Of a DNA stretch of 41,825 nucleotides, positions 17,715 to 25,175 are shown piece by piece. Each line of letters starts with the position of its first letter. Position 1 is the first letter of the stretch. Position numbers and translations under genes: made by a program. Under the pieces are notes generated by a model, which saw only the letters and a program-made list of their open reading frames with translations, was not told where the DNA came from and ran no database searches. The DNA comes from Planctomycetota bacterium (GTDB lineage: Bacteria > Planctomycetota > UBA11346): contig PLEW01000244.1 of assembly GCA_003136555.1 (NCBI GenBank), positions 34,114 to 75,938 on the forward strand. The letters run 5' to 3'.

Positions 17715-20336
17715 TCAGGCCTTGAGGGCGAAATCGGGGACGCGGGCGCTGAGCTGGGAGAAGTCGAGATAGCGGTAGATCGACTTCTCGAACGGATTCA
17801 CGCAGGTGCTCATGGTCTTGAGGTATTCCTCCTTGGTCGGGATGCGGCCGAGGATCGAGATCACTCCCGCGAGCTCGGCACTGCCGAGATAGACCTTCGC
17901 ATCACGTCCCATGCGGTTGTCGAAATTGCGCGTCGAGGTCGAATACACTGCTGAGCCCGGGCGCACGCGCGCCTGGTTGCCCATGCACAGTGAACATCCC
18001 GGGATCTCGCGCCGGGCGCCGATGGCGCCGAAGAGGCCGTAGTGACCCTCCTGCTGCAGCACCGCCTCGTCCATGCGGGTCGGCGGGCAGATCCAGGTGG
18101 TGGCCGTCAGGTATTCCACCTTGCTGTTCTTGTACACGTTGGCGAGTGCGCGGAAATGGCCGATATTGGTCATGCACGAACCGACGAAGACCTCGTCGAT
18201 CTTCTCGCCGGCGACCTCGCTGAGGGTCTTGATCTTGTCCGGATCGTTGGGACAGGCGAGCAGCGGCTCATCGATCTGGTTGAGGTCGATGACGAAGATG
18301 CGGGCGTACCGCTTGTCAGCCGCCGCGCTGGCCGAGCCGATCCGGCGACCGCCCACGCTGATGTCGACGGTCGACGTCAGCTCGAGCCCGGCATCGGCAC
18401 GCAGCAGGGTCGGCTTGGCCAGCCAGGCCTCCATGGCGGAGATGCGCCGCTCGATGGTCGGCCTGGCGCCATAGCCGTCCTTGAGCATGTCCTTCAGCAG
18501 AGCGATGTTGGAACGCAGGTAATCGGCGACCGAGGCCTCGGAGAGGTTAACTACGCACGCTGCCGCCGAGCGCTCGGCGCTGGCATCGGAGAGCTCGAAT
18601 GCCTGCTCGGCGGTGAGATGCTCGAGCCCCTCGATCTCGAGGATGCGACCGTTGTAGACGTTCTTCTTGCCCTTCTTCTCCAGGGTCAGATCACCGCTTT
18701 GCAGCGCGATCCAGGGAATGGCGTTGACCAGATCGCGCAGCGTCACCCCGGGACGCAGCGCGCCGGTGAATCGCACCAGCACCGATTCCGGGACATCGAG
18801 GGGCATGTAGCCGATGGCGGCGGCGAAGGCCACCAGCCCGGAGCCGCCGGGGAAGCTGATGCCGATCGGGAAGCGCGTATGGCTGTCCCCACCGGTGCCC
18901 ACCGTATCGGGCAGGCACATGCGGTTCAGCCAGCTGTGGATGATGCCATCCCCGGGACGCAGCGACACGCCGTTGCGCTCGACGATGAATTCGGGCAGCC
19001 AGCGATGCATCTTGGCATCCTTGGAGCTCGGATAGGCGGCGGTATGGCAGAAGCTCTGCATCACCAGATCGGCGGAGAAGCTCAGGCAGGCGAGCTCCTT
19101 GAGCTCGTCCGCGGTCATCGGGCCGGTAGTGTCCTGGCTGCCGACGGTGGTGACCCGGGGTTCGCAGCTCATACCTGGGCGAACGCCGCGGACGCCGCAG
19201 GCCTTGCCGATGATCTTCTGCGCCAGGGTGTAGCCCTTGCCATCGTCGTTCGGCAGGTCGGGCTTGGCGAACAGCGGTGATTCGCCGAGCTTGAGGTAGG
19301 CGCGTGCCCTCCACGTCAGCGCCCGGCCGATGATCAGGTTGGTGCGCCCGCCTGCCCGGTATTCGTCGAATACCGTCGGCGACTTGACCGTCCCCACGGC
19401 GATGGTCTTGCCGCCCTTCAGCACTTCGCCGGTCTGGGTGCGGATGGTGATCTCATCGCCGGTGGCCAGCGCGGAGATGTCGGCGGTGTAGGCCATGCCT
19501 CCGGCATCGCGGAAGGTGTCGAGGAATATCGGCGCGATGATGCCGGCCAGGAGGAAGGCGGCGGTGCGCTTGTTGGGCACGTGCGGGATGTCCCGCCCGG
19601 AATACCACATCACCGAGTTGGTCGCGGATTTGCGCGACGAGCCGGTGCCGAACACGTCACCGATGATGATGGTCCTCTTGCCGGCCTTGCGGTTGGCGTT
19701 CAAGGCCGCGATCGCACCGGGGTCCTTGGTCTTGTAGATGTCCAGCGCATGCAGCGGGATGTCCGAGCGCGTGCCCGCGCTCTGCGCCGGCGACAGATCG
19801 TCGGTATTGGTCTCGCCGGGGATCTTGTAGACCACCCCGCTGACCTCGGGCTCGATCACCGCTCGGCTGGTGAACCATTCCGCCTCGGCCCAGCTGAGGA
19901 TCACCTCCTTGGCGGTGGCGTTGCCGCCCTCGGCAAGGGCGCTGACCACCTGGAAGTTGTCGAAGATCAGCACCGTCTGCTTGAGTGCCTGGGCGGCCTG
20001 GGCGCTCAAGGCCCCTTCCAGCTCGCGCACCAGGAAGGGCACATTGTAGCCGCCGATCATCGTCCCCAGCAGACGCACCGCCTCCTCACGCGAGATCACC
20101 GGACTGGCCACATCGCCGTGCTCGACCGCGCCCAGCCACTCCGCCTTGACCTTGGCCGCCGGATCGACCCCGGGGCTGACGCGGTCGACCAACAGGCGCT
20201 TGAGCACCTCCGCCTCGCCGGCAGGCGGCTTGAGCAGCAGGGCGCACACCTGCGTGGCCTGGTCGGCGGTCAGCGGCAGCGCCGGGATGCCCAGCTTCTC
20301 TCGTTCAGCGGCGGCGGTGCGGTATTCGGCTAGCAT
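17715..20336 (-). CDS. acnB: Aconitate hydratase B / 2-methylisocitrate dehydratase
   Basis: GIPALPL, RVSPGVD.AAKVKA, GETNTDDLSPA, GTGSSRKSATNS, SQDTTGPMT, QSFCHT, DSHTRFP, GSCMTN and PGCSLCMGNQ. Start at ATG 20336. Confidence 0.96.
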   Translation of the reverse strand: MLAEYRTAAAEREKLGIPALPLTADQATQVCALLLKPPAGEAEVLKRLLVDRVSPGVDPAAKVKAEWLGAVEHGDVASPVISREEAVRLLGTMIGGYNVPFLVRELEGALSAQAAQALKQTVLIFDNFQVVSALAEGGNATAKEVILSWAEAEWFTSRAVIEPEVSGVVYKIPGETNTDDLSPAQSAGTRSDIPLHALDIYKTKDPGAIAALNANRKAGKRTIIIGDVFGTGSSRKSATNSVMWYSGRDIPHVPNKRTAAFLLAGIIAPIFLDTFRDAGGMAYTADISALATGDEITIRTQTGEVLKGGKTIAVGTVKSPTVFDEYRAGGRTNLIIGRALTWRARAYLKLGESPLFAKPDLPNDDGKGYTLAQKIIGKACGVRGVRPGMSCEPRVTTVGSQDTTGPMTADELKELACLSFSADLVMQSFCHTAAYPSSKDAKMHRWLPEFIVERNGVSLRPGDGIIHSWLNRMCLPDTVGTGGDSHTRFPIGISFPGGSGLVAFAAAIGYMPLDVPESVLVRFTGALRPGVTLRDLVNAIPWIALQSGDLTLEKKGKKNVYNGRILEIEGLEHLTAEQAFELSDASAERSAAACVVNLSEASVADYLRSNIALLKDMLKDGYGARPTIERRISAMEAWLAKPTLLRADAGLELTSTVDISVGGRRIGSASAAADKRYARIFVIDLNQIDEPLLACPNDPDKIKTLSEVAGEKIDEVFVGSCMTNIGHFRALANVYKNSKVEYLTATTWICPPTRMDEAVLQQEGHYGLFGAIGARREIPGCSLCMGNQARVRPGSAVYSTSTRNFDNRMGRDAKVYLGSAELAGVISILGRIPTKEEYLKTMSTCVNPFEKSIYRYLDFSQLSARVPDFALKA

Positions 20337-20415
20337 GGTCGGCCTCAGGGTGGTGGTTGGGCACAGCCTAGGACGCGCGAGCGGCCTTACCAATGCGAGC
20401 GACGCTGGTCGAGCC

Positions 20416-20447
20416 ATAAGAAAAACTTATCGAGTTTTTTTACCGAT
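20416..20447. promoter_or_regulatory. LysR-type operator between acnB and the LysR gene
   Basis: Perfect dyad ATAAG-N5-CTTAT at 20416-20430 (T-N11-A) plus adjacent ATCG-N11-CGAT at 20429-20447, in a conspicuously AT-rich patch. Confidence 0.75.
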
Positions 20448-20524
20448 CAGTAACATGCCAGGGTGCACCGGGGCCTCGGCCGGCCCCGGGCTACGCGCGT
20501 CCGCCACACCACAGGATCAACGGC

Positions 20525-21460
20525 ATGGACACCGAGCACCTGCAGCACTTCCTCCTCCTCGCGCAATCGGGGAACATGACCAAGACCGCCGCGCGCGTCC
20601 ACCTGACCCAGCCTGCCCTCTCGGGGCAGATCAAGCGCCTCGAGCATCTCCTTGGCGCGACGCTCTTCCACCGCCAGGGCCGCGGCGTGGCGCTGACCCA
20701 GGCCGGGGAGACCTTCAGGAGCTTCGCCGCCGATGCCCTGAACCAGATCGATGCCGGACGTACTGCGCTCGGTTCGCTCAGCTCGCTGGCCAGCGGCACC
20801 ATCTCGATCGGCGGCGGGGCGACCAGCACCACCTGCATCCTGCCCGCGATCATCGGCGCCTTCCACGCACGCTATCCGGGCATCCGCTTCAGCATCCGCG
20901 AGGCGACCTCGCGCACGGTGGTCGAGGCGGTGCTGTCTGGCGAGCTCGACCTCGGCCTGGTGACCCTGCCGGTGCCATCGTCGGTCGACGCGACACGTCT
21001 CTCCGTCGAGCCCTGGGTGGTGGACGAGCTGGTGCTGCTCGTCCCGCCGCATCACCCGCTGCGGAACCGGCGGCGCTTCACCTGGCGCGATCTACACAAC
21101 CAGCCCCTGATCGCCTTCGAGAGCGGCTCGGCGGTGCGTCAGCTGCTCGATCGCCAGCTCAGCCACCATGAGGTCAGGCCGTCAGTGGTCATGGAGCTGC
21201 GCGCCATCGGCACCATCACCAACATGGTCGCCGCCGGCATCGGACTGGGCTTCGTCTCGCGTCTCGCGGTGCCCCTCGCCCACGCCCTGCGCTGCGCCGA
21301 TCGCACGCTCGAACGCCAGCTCGCCGTGATCGAGCGGCGCGACCGCAGCCGGACTCCGACCATGGAGGCCTTCAGGGCCGCCCTCTTCGCATGGGAACCG
21401 ACGCCAAACCAGGCCCGCCGCGCCACGCGCAGCGAACGCTCCCGCCATGGGTCGGTGTAG
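20525..21460 (+). CDS. LysR-family transcriptional regulator
   Basis: HTH GNMTKTAARVHLTQPALSGQIKRLE..LG..LFHR; substrate-binding domain GELDLGL; divergent from acnB. Confidence 0.93.
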   Translation: MDTEHLQHFLLLAQSGNMTKTAARVHLTQPALSGQIKRLEHLLGATLFHRQGRGVALTQAGETFRSFAADALNQIDAGRTALGSLSSLASGTISIGGGATSTTCILPAIIGAFHARYPGIRFSIREATSRTVVEAVLSGELDLGLVTLPVPSSVDATRLSVEPWVVDELVLLVPPHHPLRNRRRFTWRDLHNQPLIAFESGSAVRQLLDRQLSHHEVRPSVVMELRAIGTITNMVAAGIGLGFVSRLAVPLAHALRCADRTLERQLAVIERRDRSRTPTMEAFRAALFAWEPTPNQARRATRSERSRHGSV

Positions 21461-21716
21461 CACGCACGCGCTTGCGCAGCGAATCGACACCGCCCTTGCC
21501 TGGTCGCCATCCCTTCGCAGCATGGATGGCCAGCATCCCATAGCTGAAATGGCATAACAGCGTCTCGCGCGTCCCCCATGCCTGAGTCCGCTGTTTGCAT
21601 CGTCCCGTCAACCCCCAGGTGCGGTATCCAGACATGATCCTGGCGTCCCAACCGCACTATCGCCCCAGCAGCGCCCCGCCCCAGCTGGGCGCTGCGCGGC
21701 AGGACCTGCAGCCACG

Positions 21717-24254
21717 GTGCTACCCGGCGCAATCGGCCCGGTCAGCGCCGTGAGCGGGCCTGCGGCATGCCTCGCGGTCCTGCAGGCAACCCTCGATGGG
21801 CTGCCGGCGCCGCTCGCCATCCTCGATGCCCGGGGCGTGGTGGTCTCGACCAACGCCGCGTGGAAGCGCGCTGAGCTGGACAACGGCGCCTGGGAAGACA
21901 GCGGCAGCGAACGGCACAGCTACCTGGAGGTGTGTGCCGGCGCCGACGGGCCTGACCACGACCACCTCGACGAGGTGACGCGCGGCCTCGAACAGGTGCT
22001 GGCCGGTGCGCTTGCGCACTTCGTGCTGCCCTATGTGGTGCGCAACTCGGTCGCCGAACGGCCCTTCCGCCTGGTCCTCACCCCGGTTGCGCAGCCCGTG
22101 GGCGGCGCCCTGGCGCTGCATGAGCACTGCGGCCGCGACACGCAGACGCTGCCGGGACCCACGGATGGCGGCAGCCTGCACCTGCAGTACGCAGACCAGG
22201 CACCGGCGGTGATGTGGGCCGCCGACGTCCAGCTGACGGTGGGCTGGATCAACCAGGCGGGCCGCGCCTTCACCGGAGCCACTCCGGGCAGCTGCCCGGA
22301 GTGGGACGAGCTCATCCACCCCGACGATCGCCCGCACTGCAGTGTCCAGCTGCGCGACTTCGCGGTGTCGCGCGAGCCCACCGTACGACGCTACCGCCTG
22401 GCCCGCCAGGATGGCGTCTATCGCTGGGTGGAGGAGCGCATCACCGGGATGCGCCATCCGGATGGCACCTTCGCCGGCCTGATCGCCTGCTGCAGCGATA
22501 TAACCGACGCCATAGATGGCGAGGCGGCGATCCAGGACCGCTGCCTCCAGCTCGAGCGCGAGCTGCGCTTCGCAGATACCCTGCTGGGGATGTCCCAGGC
22601 GGTCACCGGCAGCGACAACCGCGACCACCTGCTGGATTCCATGGCGAGCATCCTCGGCCGGGCGCTCGAGGTCGACCGCTGCCTGATCTTCGATGTACGC
22701 CTGCCCAAGAGGCAGGCCATCGCACTGTGCGAATGGCTGAACCCCGCCTGCCCACGCGCGACCTCGATCAGGCGCGACTACCCGCTCGAACTCTTCCCGG
22801 AGAGCCTGCGCTACCTGTGGGAGATGCGCTCGCCCCTCGAGAGCCATCGCGATCAGCCAAACGCCCGCCTCGCCAGCGAGGGCAGCGCGCCTCTGCTGCA
22901 TGAGGGGATGGACATCAACAGCCTGCTGTGGCATCCGATCGTCTTCAGCAGCGATGGCTTCTTCCTCCTGGTCTTCAACCAGGTCTCGCATCGGCGCGCC
23001 TGGAAGGGCGAGGAGCGGCGCTTCCTCGATTCGATGGCCAACCTGGTCTCCATCGGGCTGCAGAAGATCGGCATCGCCAGCGAGCTGCGCGAACGCGGAA
23101 AGCGGGTGCGCCTGGCCGAGAGGCTGGAGGCCATGGCGCGCGTCTCGGGCGGGGTGGCGCGCGAGGTCGGCAGCCTCCTGGCGAGCATATCGAGCGAGGC
23201 GCAGGCGTTGGCGGACCAGCAGCTGCTGTCCGGCCCTGTCGATGCCCATGCGCTGGAGCTGCTGAAGACCATCGACCGGGCGCGCCTGATCAGCAGCCAG
23301 CTGCACGCCTTCAGCCGACCGCCGCCGCGCAATCCGCAACTGGTCGAGATCGGCGCGCTGATCGCCGGCCTGACCGCTTGGATGGCCGGCTGGCGCGACG
23401 ACCGCATCGCGGTGGCCTCCATCCAGCCGCCCCAGCCGATCTATGTACGCGCCGATGGCAACCAGCTCACCGTGGCGCTGATGAACCTCGCCACCAATGC
23501 CCGGGAGGCGATGCCGGAGGGCGGCCGCCTGGCCATCGCGACCTCCCTGCTGGCGCTCGACCAGGCCATGGCGCAGGGCCATGGCGTGCCCGCCGGCGTC
23601 TATGTCGCCATCCGGGTCAGCGACACCGGACGCGGCATGCCGCCGGAAACAATCGAGCGCGCCTGCGAGCCGTTCTTCACCACCAAGCAGCGTGGCCAGG
23701 GGTACGGCCTCGGCCTGTCAAGCACGCATGGGCTGGTGCACAGCTACGGTGGCCTCATCGCCATCGACAGCCAGCCGGGGCAGGGCACCACGGTCACCAT
23801 CTCCCTGCCGACGGTGGCAGTCTCCTCCGACAAGGCCACGGTCACGCCGTTGTGCCTGCAAGCGCTCGGGGGCGATGAGACCGTGCTGCTGGTCGAGGAC
23901 GATCCGGCCGTGCTCGGCCTAGTGCGCGATGCGCTCCGCCACCAGGGGTATTCGGTCCTGACCGCGACCGGCGGCGCCGAAGCGCTGGCGGTCGCCCAGG
24001 CGCACCGCGGGCATATCGACCTGCTGCTCACCGATGTGGTCCTGCCCCAGATCAGCGGACCCTCGCTGGCCTGCCAGCTGCTCATCAGCCGCCAGGACCT
24101 GCGCATCATGTTGATGTCCGGCTATCCCGCCGACGCCTTCACCGCCAAGCGCGAGATCGCCCAGGCGGCCTTCCTCGCCAAGCCTTTTACCATCGACGAG
24201 CTCATCCGTACGGTGCGCTCCTCGCTCAGCCGGGACGCTTCAGCCCCGCCCTGA
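21717..24254 (+). CDS. Hybrid sensor protein PAS-PAS-GAF-(His-less DHp)-HATPase-REC
   Basis: PAS motifs (WDELIHPDD, DGVYRWV), a GAF segment, N/G1/F/G2 boxes (NLATNAREAM, DTGRGM, EPFFTTK, GYGLGL) and a receiver domain (VEDD, LLTDVVLP, MSGY, KPF). Start uncertain (GTG 21717 or 21750). Confidence 0.88.
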   Translation: MLPGAIGPVSAVSGPAACLAVLQATLDGLPAPLAILDARGVVVSTNAAWKRAELDNGAWEDSGSERHSYLEVCAGADGPDHDHLDEVTRGLEQVLAGALAHFVLPYVVRNSVAERPFRLVLTPVAQPVGGALALHEHCGRDTQTLPGPTDGGSLHLQYADQAPAVMWAADVQLTVGWINQAGRAFTGATPGSCPEWDELIHPDDRPHCSVQLRDFAVSREPTVRRYRLARQDGVYRWVEERITGMRHPDGTFAGLIACCSDITDAIDGEAAIQDRCLQLERELRFADTLLGMSQAVTGSDNRDHLLDSMASILGRALEVDRCLIFDVRLPKRQAIALCEWLNPACPRATSIRRDYPLELFPESLRYLWEMRSPLESHRDQPNARLASEGSAPLLHEGMDINSLLWHPIVFSSDGFFLLVFNQVSHRRAWKGEERRFLDSMANLVSIGLQKIGIASELRERGKRVRLAERLEAMARVSGGVAREVGSLLASISSEAQALADQQLLSGPVDAHALELLKTIDRARLISSQLHAFSRPPPRNPQLVEIGALIAGLTAWMAGWRDDRIAVASIQPPQPIYVRADGNQLTVALMNLATNAREAMPEGGRLAIATSLLALDQAMAQGHGVPAGVYVAIRVSDTGRGMPPETIERACEPFFTTKQRGQGYGLGLSSTHGLVHSYGGLIAIDSQPGQGTTVTISLPTVAVSSDKATVTPLCLQALGGDETVLLVEDDPAVLGLVRDALRHQGYSVLTATGGAEALAVAQAHRGHIDLLLTDVVLPQISGPSLACQLLISRQDLRIMLMSGYPADAFTAKREIAQAAFLAKPFTIDELIRTVRSSLSRDASAPP

Positions 24255-24282
24255 ACCGGACGGCGCCGCACGACGCGCCGTC

Positions 24283-25128
24283 CTAGGGCGCATCCTCGAC
24301 GCCGAGGCCGGCATCGATCTCGGACTTCAGCAGCTGCTCCAGGGAAGCGAGCACGGCGCCGCGACCTGGCAGATCGCCGACCAGCCCGCCTTTCACCCGC
24401 ACCTTCACCACCCGGCCATCGAAATCCCAAAGTTCGAGATCCCCGCCGGCGGAACGCACCTCGGGCATGAGCTTGGACTGGACCACCTGCTGGATGCGCA
24501 GCAGGGTCTGGATGCGGCCCTTGGGACCGGCCGGCGCGGCGTGCGCGGCGGGTGCCGCGGCGGGCGCGTGCAGCATCTCGTCAATGATCTTGGGGATGTC
24601 GCTGCGGCAGCTGCCGCAGCCGGTGCCCGCGCCGGTGGCATTGACGACCTCCTCGGGGGTGGTGCATCCCAGGGTGGAGACCGCCTGGCGCACGGTCTCA
24701 TCCAGCACCCCGAAGCAGCGGCACAGCAGGGGATCGAGATCCTGGTCGTGCTCGCTCTCGCCACCCTGGTAGGCGGCCAGGGCGGCGTGCAAGCCGACCC
24801 TCCCCCAGAGGAGCGGCGGCAGTGCCGCCGGGTCCAGCCCGCCGAGGTGGCGCGTCAGCGCGAGCGGCCCCACCGTCTTGGCCTCGTCAAGCTCCATGCC
24901 GAGCAGAAGCTCGGCCATGGCCGAGGTGGCCGCCACCTGGTCAGCGCAGTTGAACACCTGGAACTTGGCCTGGACGATGCGCTTGCCGGCCGCATCCACG
25001 CTGAGGTAGAAGCGCAGCGCATCCCCGACCACGATCGAGCCGACGTCCCCCACCGCACTGGCGTTGAGCAGCTTGCCGACATTGCGGGGCCGGCGCGCGT
25101 GGTCATCGAGGAGTTCGGCGGGCGTCAT
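24283..25128 (-). CDS. NifU-like three-domain Fe-S protein (IscU-like, BFD-like [2Fe-2S], Nfu-like) with degenerate terminal domains
   Basis: DH.RRPRNVG, GDALRFYL.VD, AKFQVFNC, central CRCFGV...GAGTGCGSC, and C-terminal P.V...GGDLEL. Start at ATG 25128. Confidence 0.85.
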   Translation of the reverse strand: MTPAELLDDHARRPRNVGKLLNASAVGDVGSIVVGDALRFYLSVDAAGKRIVQAKFQVFNCADQVAATSAMAELLLGMELDEAKTVGPLALTRHLGGLDPAALPPLLWGRVGLHAALAAYQGGESEHDQDLDPLLCRCFGVLDETVRQAVSTLGCTTPEEVVNATGAGTGCGSCRSDIPKIIDEMLHAPAAAPAAHAAPAGPKGRIQTLLRIQQVVQSKLMPEVRSAGGDLELWDFDGRVVKVRVKGGLVGDLPGRGAVLASLEQLLKSEIDAGLGVEDAP

Positions 25129-25175
25129 GTGCCATGCAGGGTTGCCACAGGCGCGCGTGAAGCAAGCGCCTGACG

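Noticed and set aside
21560-21610. GCAAAC...GGGACGC on the minus strand, resembling a c-di-GMP-I riboswitch
   Set aside because: Lacks the GAAA tetraloop stem and the GCAAAG continuation, and has no same-strand gene downstream.
21634-21753. 39-codon uORF whose TGA overlaps GTG 21750 of the sensor gene
   Set aside because: No SD and no coding signature; could easily be chance.
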